DNA of 64,000 nucleotides from the human T2T-CHM13v2.0 reference genome, Homo sapiens. The notes under the pieces were generated by a model that worked only from the letters and a program-made list of their open reading frames with translations, was not told where the DNA came from and made no database searches. Location: NCBI RefSeq assembly GCF_009914755.1, contig NC_060940.1; one strand, given 5' to 3'. Shown here piece after piece: positions 1-30,529 of the stretch. Within the stretch, counting starts at the first letter, position 1. Each line of letters opens with the position of its first letter. The translations under genes were made by a program, and so were the position numbers.

Positions 1-439
1 TATAAAGTAGATGCCATGAGACAGTGCTCACTCACTGTGTTGGCTGGATGTAAGGCTGAGGGTGGGGAGGGAGTCTAAAATGAAGATACACCTCTCCAGG
101 CTTTGGTTGTTAACAGAGTCCATGCAAGGGGTGGCTAGGAACATAATGTTAATGATAAAAATATACGTACCATTTACTGAGCACTTTGTATGTGCCAGGG
201 CTATACAAGATATTTTCATGCAACACTTAATACAAGATACTTTCATAGAACAAGGATATAAGATCAGTACTGTTATTAATCCCATTTTAGAGAAGAGAAA
301 ACAGAGGCTCAAAGAGGCTAGGTGATTTAGCCATGGTCACACAGAATTAGGTACCAGAGCCCATTATACCCTCTGCTGTAGGGATCATCATAAGCAAGAA
401 AGCCCTTTGCCACCAGGGGATCTCCATGCTCCCCACTCA

Positions 440-574
<135 letters not shown>

Positions 575-611
575 TCAGCTTCCTCTCTCCCTTCCTCCTT
601 CCACTTTATCT

Positions 612-1225
612 CTTTTTTTTAAGAGACAGGATCTTGCTCTGCTGCCCAGGTTGGAGTGCAATGGTACAATCCTAGCTCACTGTAACCTCAAACTCCCAGG
701 CTCAAGCAATCCTCCAGCCTGTCTTCCAAGTAGCTGGGACTACAGGCACATACTACCACACCTGGCTAATTTTTAAATTTTTCTGTAGAGCCAGGCATGG
801 TGGCTTACACCTGTAATACCAGCATTTTGGGAGGCAGAGGTCGGCAGATCATGAGGTCAGGAGTTCGAGACTGGCCTGGCAAACATGGTGAAACCCATCT
901 CTACTAAAAGTACAAAAATTAGCCAGGTGTGGTGGCGCATGCCTGTAATCCCAGCTACTCAGGAAGCTGAGGCAGGAAAATCACTTGAACCTGAGAGGCG
1001 GAGATTGTAGTGAGCTAAGATTGTGCCGTTGCACTCCAGCCTGGGCAACAGAGCGAGACTCTATCAAATAAATACATCATACACACATACATACATACAT
1101 TTTTCTGTAGACATGGAGTTTCACTATATTGCCCAGGTTGGTCTCAAACTCCCAGGCTTAAATGATCCTCCTGCACTGGCCTCCCAAAGTGCTGGGATTA
1201 CAGACATGAGCCACTGTGCCCGCCC
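612..1225. repeat. Old Alu (-) with a younger Alu (+, ~790-1075) inserted in its linker
   Basis: Alu consensus blocks; duplicated atttttctgtaga flanks the inner copy. Confidence 0.85.
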
Positions 1226-1550
1226 TCCTTCTACTTTCAAACATAAGGGAGGCTGAGTGAGCAAGCCCTGGGCCCCCCATTCCACTTTGCCCAAAGGGAT
1301 TTAACTTCTAGCTATTTATATATCAAGAGCCTGAATGAGCTTTCATTTTCAGAAAGGGTTCCATCATTAAAGAAAAAAAGGTCTGAAAACAATCAGGCTA
1401 AACCCATCTCCATTACTCTCAAGACACGAGCTGCAGAACAGTACGCCCATTGCCTGGCTGTACCAGAGACTCTGAGTCAACTGGGTTTGGTTGGGGTCTG
1501 AGCATATTTTAGAAGCTTCCTAGCTGATTCCAAAGCACGATCAAGAGTTA

Positions 1551-1853
<303 letters not shown>

Positions 1854-2653
1854 TTAAGAACCGTAGTGCTGGGAGCTGCTTCTTGTGAGCAGCAGCTCAG
1901 TCCCATACGGTCAGCAGGCATCGTGATCAGGCATAGGCCGAAAGCGCTATATCCCTCACTAGGTGTGTGACTTTGGCAAGTTACTCAGCTTCTCTGAGCT
2001 TCACAATCCTCTTACAAACAGTGGAGATATGTATCTACCCCTTAATAGTATGTTGTGTTAAATGAAATGAGACCAGCAGGCAGGCTATTCTGGACACATT
2101 TTCAGAAATCCTTCAGGTCATCCTATTTGATGCTTGCTTCTTCAAGGTTTGGGTCTAAGTCTTGGACCATGGATAAGTGCTCAGCTTGAAATAAACTAGA
2201 TTCATCTGGCAGTAAAATGAAGAAGGAAAAAAAGAAACTAAATCCATATTAATTCTAGTCATACTGTTAGCATACATGCTTGTAATAATTGTCACAATCA
2301 TAGGGTCTGTCATTTTTTGTGCTTACAGTGTGACAGGTGCTGGGCTGGGTACCTTACACTCCTGAGCTCAGTGAATCCTAACCCAATGAGGTAGACACTT
2401 ATCCCCATTTTCCAGATATGCAACTGAGGCTCAGAGACTATAAGTCCCTTGAGGGCAGGGATCATGTCTATCTCACCCACTACTGTAGCCCCAGCACTTA
2501 ATGTGGTGTCTGGCAAAATAAACATTTATTGAATAAAAGAATAAACTTGTCCAAGGTCACCTGGCTGGTAGGTGGCAAAGCTGGGACCAAAGAGCAGGAC
2601 TGTCTGAGCCAAAGCCCTGCTCCTCCTGGCCATGCTCTCTGCTGCCAGGACTA

Positions 2654-3226
<573 letters not shown>

Positions 3227-3313
3227 TTAAGCAAGTCAGTTACTGCTGCAAGCTGCTTCCTCAGTCTATAACAGGGATGATGGTACAGTTGTGTGGAAAA
3301 CTGAGATAACATG

Positions 3314-4035
3314 GTGTAGCAGACACTAATGTCTGCCTATCTACCAGCCATTCCACGCTTCTTCCTTGCTAACAAGAAAATAGCAAAATGCTTAGTCCGA
3401 GGGGTTGAATCCTGATTGGTATAGCCAATCTTGCAATCCTATTGCTCCATGCCAGTGACCAGTCCAGGCAGGAATGTAACCCCATCCTAGTCACTGGGAT
3501 GCAAAGAAAAGCATGCCTGGGGAGTAAGAAAGGTTTAAGGTTCCGGGAAAGGTTTTTCTCTCCAAAGGACAAGAAGAGAAAGCCACAGGAGGAAAATCCC
3601 TTCTTAAAATTTCCCACTGCCCCACTTCTGTCCTCTTTGGATGTTGTCCTGTAAGGGGAGCATGCTTGGACCTGCGGCAGCTACTTGCAACTGCAGGAGG
3701 GAAGGCAATGAAGTCAGAGAGAAGCCAAAATAGAGCCCTGGTGTCTCTACACTGCTAGTCTCATCCTGGAGTCACCCACCTCCAGCCTTGTGCAGAATCA
3801 AAAGACAAATGTCTATGATTGATGCCCTGGCTACTGAAAGTGTGGTCTGTGGGCCCCTAGCATCAGCCTCTTGGGAGTCTGCCAGAAATGCAGACTCTTA
3901 GGCTCCACCCCAGACCTACTGAGTCAGAATCTGAACATTAACTAGGTCCCCAGGTGATCCATCTGTGAGTTAAAGTATCGTTTGTCCCTTCTAACAGGGT
4001 ATTCCACTAACTGCACCCAAAAGCGTTCTGAGACA
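3314..4035 (+). mobile_element. Old MaLR LTR (MLT1J/K-like) with a MER5A-like insertion (~3823-3975)
   Basis: tgtagcagacac..ccattcc..ttcttccttgctaacaag start typical of MLT1; MER5 core aaatgcagactcttaggctccaccccagacctactgagtcagaatctg. Confidence 0.55.
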
Positions 4036-4105
4036 CAGATGGAATGCTTGTAAGGTTAGTCTTTGCCACAGCTAAGTGTTCAATCAATCAATAAATGGTG
4101 CACAG

Positions 4106-4763
4106 GGCTGGACACAGTTGCTCACGTCTGTAATCCCAGTGTTTTGGGAGGTCAAGGTAGAAGGACAGCCTGACCTCAAGGGTTCAAGACCAGCGTGGGT
4201 AACATAGCAAAATCCTGTCTCTTATTTAAAAATTTAAAATACCAGCCTGGGCAACATAGTGAGACTCTGTCTCTACAAAACAAAACAAAACAAAATCAGC
4301 CAGGTGTGGTGGTGCATTCCTGTAGTCCCAGCTCTGTGGGAGGCCAAGGTGGAAGAATCACTGGAGCCCAGGAGGTTGAGGCTGCAGTAAACTATGATGG
4401 CACCACTGCACTCTAGCCTGGGTGACACAGCGAGACCCTGTCTCAAAAAAAAAACTTTTTTTTTCTTTTTTTTTTTTTTTTTTGAGATAGAGTCTCGCTG
4501 TGTCACCCAGGCTGGAGTGCAGTGTCGTGACCTTGACTCACTGCAACCTCCACCTCCAGGGTTCAAGCAATTCTCCTGCCTCAGCCTCCTGAGTAGCTAG
4601 GATTACAGGTGCCTGCCACCACAACCGGCTAATTTTTATATTTTTAGTAGAAATGGGGTTTCACCACGTTGGTCAGGCTGGTCTCGAACTCCTGATCTCG
4701 TGATCTACCCGCCTCGGCCTCCCATAGTGCTGGGATTACAGGTGTGAGCCACCGTGCCCGGCC
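4106..4763. repeat. Alu cluster: + strand fragments then a - strand AluS, tail-to-tail at ~4455
   Basis: Alu consensus; A-run directly followed by a T-run. Confidence 0.85.
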
Positions 4764-4784
4764 AAAAAAGAAATTTTTACAAAT

Positions 4785-7451
<2,667 letters not shown>

Positions 7452-7510
7452 TGGCTGCAAGGATTCCACAACAGGGCATGACTATAATTTAACAAAAAAA
7501 AAAATCTGTT

Positions 7511-10397
<2,887 letters not shown>

Positions 10398-10469
10398 CTG
10401 TGGACCTTGCTCATTAAAAATAACAAATAATTAAAATTACTTTACACATTACTTTCTGAGACCAAATCT

Positions 10470-12257
<1,788 letters not shown>

Positions 12258-12298
12258 CCCAATGTTGATGAGGCATCTGCAACAAGCTGAGGTTCTTA

Positions 12299-14641
<2,343 letters not shown>

Positions 14642-14849
14642 CATCTGTGATTATCAGTGTTACTTGGCTCCCTCTCATGGGACCTCCATTTCTTCATTTG
14701 TCAGAAAGGAGGGCTAAATCGGGTAAATTTGGGGGGATCCCTTCCTGATCTAATGCTAAACAAGTCTCTTTAATGTGGTATCTTGGAATGCCCCAGGGTT
14801 TAAGAGGGACTCCCCTAGGAGAACTGAAAACATGTTAACTTAAACTCTG

Positions 14850-15297
14850 GCATGTAAATGTTCATAGAGTTTTATTGGACAGCCAAAAACCAGAGTAACT
14901 AAAATGCTCATTCACTAGTGATGAATAAACAAAATGTGGTATAACCATATGATGAATATTATTTGGCTATAAAAAGGAATGAAGCATGATAGCCCACAGA
15001 TGCGCTTATGGTAAGTGAAGGAAGCCAGTCACAGAAGGCCATATATTATATGATCTCATTCATATGAAACGTCCAGAAGAGGCAAATCCATGGAGGCAGA
15101 AAGAGATCAGTAGTTGCCAGGTGGTAGGAGAGGGTAGAATGGAAAACAACTGCTAATAAGGAAGAGTTTCTTTTAGGGGTGATGGAAATGTTCTGGAATT
15201 AGTGGTGACGGTTGCACAACACAGTAAATATATTGAAAACCACTGAATTGTACACTTTGATATGGTAAATTTCATATCATGTGAATTATATGTCATT
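14850..15297 (+). mobile_element. L1M (L1MB-like) 3' end fragment
   Basis: aataaacaaaatgtggtata..gaagccagtcacagaaggccatatattatatg..gatggaaatgttctggaattag..ccactgaattgtacacttt. Confidence 0.8.
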
Positions 15298-16126
<829 letters not shown>

Positions 16127-16447
16127 TCAGCCACCATGAGGTGCCTGAATACCTGCCCTCTGCCTCGCCAAAACACCAGGGTGGGGGACAAGCTCTGGGC
16201 TGCAAGCCTCATTCTCACAATGATGCTGCCCCAGGAATTCCACGAGGGTGGGACCCGCCACCATCACCGTTGTTCATCACTGTATCCCTCATGCCTGGCG
16301 TGGTACCTGATAAGTAGCAGATCCTCTGTGAAACTGAAGCCTTCATCTTGGTCTGTGAGGCACCATGTAATCTGGCTCCTGGAAAGCCTTTTTTTTTTGA
16401 GACAGGGTCTCACACTGTCGCTCCAGGCTGGAGTGTAATGGCATGAC

Positions 16448-17316
16448 TGACAGGAGACAGACAAATTCCTAGGCAGTCAGGGACAGGTCCCTGGTGAAAT
16501 CTGACTTCTAAGCCAAAGACAGCCTGAAAACCAAACTGTCAAGTCAGGATAGAGTCCATGACTGGAGTGAGAACTTGTTTCCCTGTCTCACCCACTCTCT
16601 CGATTGGTTCCTTCCGGATGATGTTTTAACCAACTGAATGGTCCTTTTTCCAAGACCACTCATGGACCAATCGGCAGGCACTCCCCCATTCTAAGCCCAT
16701 AAAAATGATAGACTCAGCCTCACAGATGGCTACCACTTTCAGGGTCCCCTCTCGCAGTGGAGAGTTTCCCTTCTGTCATTCAATAAAATTCTTCTCTGCC
16801 TTACTCACTCTATGGTACCTGCACACCTCATTCCTCTTGGTTGCAGGACAAGAACCCAAAACTCGCCAAGCTGCAGGTGACGGGAATAAAAGAGCTGTAA
16901 CACGCTCCCGCTCACCAGACTACAGGAGAAAGAGAGCTGTAACACGCTCCCACTCACCAAGCTACAGGAGTGAAGAGCTGAGACAGTGCTGGGGACTCAG
17001 ATCTCAGGACTCCCCAAACAAGAGCTATAACACCCCTTGGAGCTCCACAACTGATGGTATTTCCCAAGTTTTTGGGTGCCACCATGTTCCCCTCATCTAG
17101 ATGCCAGCACCCAACACAGAAGCCACTCGTGGCACACCCAGTCCAGCCATGGGCTGAGTGTGGAGCCATGGCAGGTGTGGGATCCAAGTGGGCATGAGCC
17201 AAGTGCAGCCTGCTGGGCCAAATGGGCCCAGAAGGCCCAAGCGAGGCACCGACAGAGGTGAGGGCAGCTGCAGAGATTTCTGGCTGGCAAAGTGGCACTG
17301 AAGGAATTCTGTAACA
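16448..17316 (+). mobile_element. ERV1-class solo LTR (LTR27/LTR28/MER52-like group) inserted inside an Alu
   Basis: TG...CA termini, CCAAT ~16668, TATA-like cccataaaaa ~16696, AATAAA 16782, internal AGAGCTGTAACAC repeats; flanks TGAC/TGAT; Alu sequence resumes in register on both sides. Confidence 0.8.
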
Positions 17317-17874
17317 TGATCACAGCTCACTGCAGCCTCAACCTCAACTTCCCCAGGCTCAGGTGATGCTCCCACCTCAGCCTCCCAAGTAGCTGGGACT
17401 ATAAGAGTGCACCACTACACCTGGGTAATTTTTTGTAGAGATGAGGTCTCACTATGTGGCCCAGGTTGGTCTTGGACTCCTGGGTCCAAGTGATCCTCTC
17501 TTCTTGGCCTCCCAAAGTGCTGGGATTCCAGGCGTGTACCCCTGTGCCCGACCTGGCAAGCCTTCTATCCTCACATCCCTGGTCATTCTGCTCACTATGG
17601 TTAGACCAAGCTGGTCTTTTTGATGCTCCTCAAATACATCTAGAACACTCCTGCTGTGGGGCCTCTGCATTGGCTATTCTTTTTGCTTTGAACATTCTTC
17701 CCCCAGGTCACCACGGGGCTGGCTCCTCACTTCATGCAGGTCTCTGCTCCAGCATCACCTCCTAAGAGAAAACTGCCCTATCTACAAGGGCATCCCTCGC
17801 CCTAGTTTCTAAGCCTGTTACTCTTTTCTCCATACTGGTTATTATCATTTAGTATCCTATGAAGAATGAATTAG

Positions 17875-24456
<6,582 letters not shown>

Positions 24457-24932
24457 CTCCAGAAGGTTCCTTCTATAGGCTTCACATAGCGTGCTCCTTC
24501 TTGTCATTTGGATCTCAGCTCAAATGTTACCTGCTCAGTAAAGCCTTCTGGAGCGTCCTTCTTAATCCCCAGTCTCCTATCCTGTTTCACTTCCCGCATG
24601 GCACATGTGACTCTAAAATTACACTTATTTTTTATAAGTGTCTGCGGCAGCCACTAGAATGCAGACTTCCACAGAGCAAGGCCCCTACCTTTCTCAATGA
24701 TCACTGTATCCCAGCGTCTACAACACCTGTTACACAGGTTGTCATCAATGCACATGTATGGAATGCATGAAAAAAAGATCGAAAGAGATGGGATGGCACA
24801 AAAAACACAAGAAACTCCTGGCAATTTGAATTATTTCCGCTCCTGCACCTCAGTTTCCGCCTCTGTAAAATGGGCTCGCGCTGCCTTAACCCTCCTCCGC
24901 CCGCCCACTCTGACACCACCGGAAAGGATTCA

Positions 24933-25178
<246 letters not shown>

Positions 25179-25541
25179 TCACTTCCGGGGACTGCTTCCA
25201 GCCAATCGGCCTCCGCCACAGCCAGCGCAGCCTTGCCCCTTAAAGTCACAGGCCCCCTAGCGCGAAATCCCACGCCCCCCTGGACGGCTGCGGCCGCACT
25301 CGCCACCAGGGGGCAGAGGCCAGAGAAAGGGCTATTTCCCGGACCCGCCCCCTTCAGCTTGGGAAAGCGAAAGCGTGGCAGGGGCCGGACCTGGGAGCGG
25401 AGGAGGCGGGTCTCCATAGAAACCTCCACCTGTTTCCGGCCGGGCTGTGAGAGATTAGGGGCTGCTGCGGGGGCCAATCTCAGCCAGCTCGCCTCTTCCC
25501 AGCGGCCTCTGCGGGAGCGGTGGGTGTTGTACACAATCATC

Positions 25542-25566
25542 ATGGCGGCGGCCGGGGCCCCGGATG
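25542..25566 (+). CDS. UBFD1: UBFD1 coding exon 1
   Basis: atcATGGCGGCG = MAAAGAPD(G), donor G|GTGAGT; 25 nt, phase 1. Confidence 0.93.
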
Positions 25567-25748
25567 GTGAGTGCGGCGGGGGTGGCGGGCGCCGGGCCGG
25601 GGCTGAGGTTGCGGTCGCTCCTCTGGGGGATGCGGCCCGGCCCGGGAGGGAGAACCGCGGCTCGGGAACGGAGGTCCGGCGGCGCCCGGACAGCGTCCGT
25701 TCCCAAGCCCAGCCCGCGGCGAGCGCCCACCCCCTAACCCCCTTGCAG

Positions 25749-26078
25749 GCATGGAGGAACCTGGCATGGACACGGAGGCCGAGACTGTGGCTACTGAGGC
25801 TCCCGCGCGGCCCGTCAACTGCCTGGAGGCTGAAGCCGCGGCGGGGGCGGCGGCCGAGGACTCCGGCGCCGCACGAGGCAGCCTGCAGCCGGCCCCGGCC
25901 CAGCCCCCTGGGGACCCCGCAGCCCAGGCCTCGGTCAGCAACGGCGAAGACGCGGGCGGCGGCGCGGGCAGGGAGCTGGTGGACTTGAAGATCATCTGGA
26001 ATAAGACCAAGCATGACGTGAAGTTCCCCCTGGACAGCACAGGCTCCGAGCTGAAACAGAAGATCCACTCGATTACAG
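25749..26078 (+). CDS. UBFD1: UBFD1 coding exon 2 (acidic/Ala-rich N-terminus, start of ubiquitin-like domain)
   Basis: ttgcag|GC ATG GAG; GMEEPGMD...ELVDLKIIWNKTKHDVKFPLDSTGSELKQKIHSIT; donor CAG|GTAAT; 330 nt. Confidence 0.96.
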
Positions 26079-26468
26079 GTAATTCCTGTGGCGCTGACAG
26101 CCAGTCTTCCCCACCCCGCCTCCTGATGGCCCTTGCACCCTACTAGGCACCTGGTGGCTTTCCTTGCATCAGGTCCCCCCATCCTTACAGCAGTCTTCTG
26201 AAGGATACTTGGATGCCCATTACTCAGCTGGGGAAAGAGACTCAAGTTTATAGAGCTAGTAAGTTGCAGAGCTGGGATTAAAGCCGAAGTCTGACGTTTA
26301 GGCCCCAGTTTCTCATTGATGTTGCTCTAACATCTCTAATTAAAAAATCACCTAAGGCGCTTGTTTTACAGCTTCTGGGCCCTTTCCCAGGAGATTCTGA
26401 TTCAGTGGGTCTGGGATGTAGCCAGGAATTTATTTTTAGCAAATATCTTAGGTAATTCTTCTAAGTGA

Positions 26469-26940
<472 letters not shown>

Positions 26941-27266
26941 TGAATGATTTAGATGACTGAGGAACAACTTGGAAAGAATGAGAGCTAGTACTTACTGAAC
27001 AATTATTCAATGCTAGCCACCGTACTAAATGCCCCGCATTGGTCTCTTAATCCTTGAAACAGGTCTGTACAGAAGGACTTACTCTAATAAATCTTCTACA
27101 GTTCTAGAAACTGAGGTTCAGAGGTTGTAAATCTCCCAAGTTCACAAAGCTAATAGGTGGTGGAGGCAGTATTCACTTTTTGGTCTGTTACCAAAGAGCT
27201 GTGTAGTATCCATACATTTTTCTGTCCTTCCTTCCTTTCACTGTCCACCTTCTACCTTTTCCCAAG

Positions 27267-27475
27267 GTCTCCCGCCTGCCATGCAGAAAGTCATGTATAA
27301 GGGACTCGTCCCCGAGGATAAAACATTGAGAGAAATAAAAGTGACCAGTGGGGCCAAGATCATGGTGGTTGGCTCCACCATCAATGATGTTTTAGCAGTA
27401 AACACACCCAAAGATGCTGCGCAGCAGGATGCAAAGGCCGAAGAGAACAAGAAGGAGCCTCTCTGCAGGCAGAAA
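27267..27475 (+). CDS. UBFD1: UBFD1 coding exon 3 (rest of ubiquitin-like domain)
   Basis: Polypyrimidine tract + aag|GT CTC CCG; GLPPAMQKVMYKGLVPEDKTLREIKVTSGAKIMVVGS...LCRQK; donor AAA|GTGAGT; 209 nt. Confidence 0.96.
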
Positions 27476-29674
27476 GTGAGTCCATCTTGTGCTTCTTGGT
27501 CTTGAGAAATTTGAGGCTTTGTCCTCTTGAGCCGTGGCTGGTTATATTCTCCCTAGAATAAGCTCCTTTTTGGACAGGGCCCATGATGGAAATTTATGGC
27601 AGCAGTTGGGTGCCGCAGAGTGGAGGTGACAACTACCTGAGATTTGCAACTTTGTCTCATCTGGCGGGTCAGTGTGTCTCAAGTCTACCTACTTTAGGAT
27701 AAGACCTTGGTAAAGGGAGGCTTCAGACCATGTGTTGAAAGGAATCAGACGTGGGTTTCTCTCTCTTATTTAGTGCCAGAGAAAACTACCAGTACTAGAA
27801 GTAAGCCCTCATTTTGTACAAGTGCTTACATTTGGCTTTTTGGTTTGTGGCTTTCCCCAAGTCAACAAGCCTGGCTAGGCATGGAAATCAACAACTCTCG
27901 GAGGTTCCCCTAAAGCTGACCGTTTCAGGAAGCTAAATGAAGCTGAGTAGGAAGACAACTACACTGATGGATTTGTTTATTTATTTTTTTGTCCTGATCT
28001 GTGAAATAGGAGCTTGGTTTTTTACGTTCTCTGTTCTTTTGGCTGCAAGAGATCCTGCCTTGTCTTGTGCTCATCATAGCCATTAACATTCTTTCACGTA
28101 ACGAGGAAAAGTGAGATTATTTTACTATGGAAGGAACAGGTTGTAAGAATCATTACTTGTTATCTTTTTACCTGGCAAATTATACTGATTGCTGTGTAGC
28201 CTCCTGATCGTTCTTCCTAGTGTTCCAAGGAAGACAGGTATTCTCAACTGTGTCTGAAGTAGAGTAGATAAACTTCAATCAACATCATTTAGTGACCATA
28301 GACACTAAGATATATGACCAACAGTAAGAAAAGGACACAGTTTGTGTTACAGATCCATAATCCCCCATGTGTGCTTCCAAAACCCCAAAGGAGTATAAAA
28401 ACGAGAAGTGTTTTTATAAATTTAACAGCAAAACCTGACCAGAATTAGTGTGAATTTTCCTCTTTGGTGACAAGGTACTGCCCCAGACCCCACAGAGAAG
28501 ATTGTTATGTATTTGAAAGCAATATTATCTTTATAAAAATTCCAAAACCCTGAAAGTTCAAAACTCTAGGGTTTCAGATAAGGGGTTATAAACCTATATT
28601 AATTATCTAAAAGGTGTTGATTTGGAGACTTCACCCCCACATATGGGGTCTCAGTGTCTTGAAACCGATTGAGTTTCTTCTCATATTCCTGTTTTTCTTT
28701 GCCACATGTATGAAATAGTGAAATGTGAGCACGTCAGATAGGAGTGGTCGCAATGGTCACACCCTTGGAGCATAACATGCCTCCTAAATACAGGTTTTTA
28801 GTTACTAATGGTAGCTTAACAGGCTTAGAACTGTTCTCCACAGTACAGGAAATCTTGTTCAAAAGGTACTTGAAAGGTGTGACTCGAATTGTACTTCCAG
28901 CCCATGCTGCTGTGTTTCATTGAGGCCAATTATGATGCATCACATGACCTAATGAGAGGGATATAGTCCCTTGCCTTTTTACCAGCTTATTAAGGGGTCT
29001 GGGGGTGATGTCTGGAGTGACTTTTTGCTAGCAGTCTGGCAGTGCTGAGTTTATTCCTCCCAGAGGGATTCCACCATGCCAGTGAGGATTTGGGCTGGCT
29101 TGTGGCTGCCTAGTGCTTACATTTGATTAAATTGTTACCTTCTATCCATTCATTGTCCCCTAGTTCCAGCCTTCCAAGCAGTGGCTATGCCTATAAGGCC
29201 ACAGATGGAGAAGAAAGAAGACTCAGGCATTTGGGCCAGGCAGGAGAACTGTTTAAGGGGCCCTGAACTTAGAATCCTTAAAGAGCTGCCTCAGAGTTCT
29301 TGGGGCAGGTGGTAGGGGTGGAGTTTAGAGGCTTCTTAATGTCAGGTTATAGAGTAATAAGCATTTCTTTCTGAAAGGTGGCTCTTCCAGGTTCCTGTTT
29401 AGCTGGAGTTAAGGGTAGGGCAGTGGGGAAAACTTCGGCGATGGGCTGGGTCTCCATTTGTTGAAGAACTGCTCCTCCTAGGCAGTTAGACGGATTACCA
29501 GCATCTTATAGTGTTCTCTGGAAGTTTAAGTTGAAAAAGGTGGGTGCCATTTTTTGTCTGCTAGGAGAGCAACACCCTTTGTCGCCCTCTTTAGTTTGAT
29601 GGTTTAATCATTTCAGTGGTGATTTTTTTTTTTTTTTTTGAGGGGAGGAGGGCAATCTGGAAATCCCGTTTGCT

Positions 29675-29860
29675 GTAGAACTTTGATATCTAATATGGTA
29701 GCTATCCACATGTGGCTGGTTAAAATGAAATTAAGAATTCAGTTCCTCAGTCATAGTAGCTGCATTTCAAGTGTGTAATAGTCACAGCAGTAGGTAGTGG
29801 CTAGCACAGGTACGAACATATTCGCCCTCCCAGAAAGTTCTGCTGGACAGCACTGTGCTA
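29675..29860 (+). mobile_element. MER3-like hAT MITE
   Basis: ctaatatggtagc..cacatgtggct..aattcagttcctcagtc..agaaagttctgctggacagcactg. Confidence 0.65.
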
Positions 29861-30004
29861 TAGTTTCAAAGGATCCATAGTCTGTCGTCATTAAAAGCTT
29901 TTGAGCCAAAACACTAAGGCTTTCTTCATCCTCTCTTTCAAGGGAATAGTAACACGACGAAATGTAGTCAGCTGTTTCATTTCATTCTCTCTTCTGACTT
30001 ATAG

Positions 30005-30070
30005 CAACACAGGAAAGTGTTGGATAAAGGAAAACCTGAAGATGTGATGCCATCTGTTAAGGGGGCCCAG
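30005..30070 (+). CDS. UBFD1: UBFD1 coding exon 4
   Basis: ttatag|CAA CAC AGG = QHRKVLDKGKPEDVMPSVKGAQ; donor CAG|GTAAG; 66 nt. Confidence 0.95.
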
Positions 30071-30423
30071 GTAAGGCGGATTTCTTTGTGAGCATTCTGA
30101 AAATGAGGCAGCCCCACCGTCTGACTTGAGGTTCCTCCAATCCTGTCCCTTCTCTTTTTTCCCTGTTTTTTTTTTTTTGAGACAGAGTCTTGCTCTGTCA
30201 CCCAGGCTGGGGTGTGCCACCACACCTGGCTAATTTTTGTATTTTTAGTAGAGACGGGGTTTTACCATGTTGCCCAGGCTAGTCTCCAACTCCTGACCTC
30301 AGGTGATCTGACCGCTTTGGCCTCCCAGTGTGCTGGGATTACAGGCGTGAGCCACCGCGCTTGGCCCCCTTCTCTTTTTTTCTGACTGTCCCTCCATCTC
30401 TTACCATTCTCTCGTGCCTTCAG

Positions 30424-30529
30424 GAGCGCCTGCCAACGGTACCGCTGTCCGGCATGTACAATAAATCTGGAGGAAAAGTGAGACTCACCTTTAAACTAGA
30501 ACAAGACCAGCTGTGGATTGGCACTAAAG
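30424..30529 (+). CDS. UBFD1: UBFD1 coding exon 5
   Basis: cttcag|GAG CGC = ERLPTVPLSGMYNKSGGKVRLTFKLEQDQLWIGTK; donor AAG|GTATG; 106 nt. Confidence 0.95.

Noticed and set aside
30421-30426. CAGGAG tandem acceptor (NAGNAG) at UBFD1 exon 5
   Set aside because: GAG is rarely used as a distal acceptor; no support without junction data.
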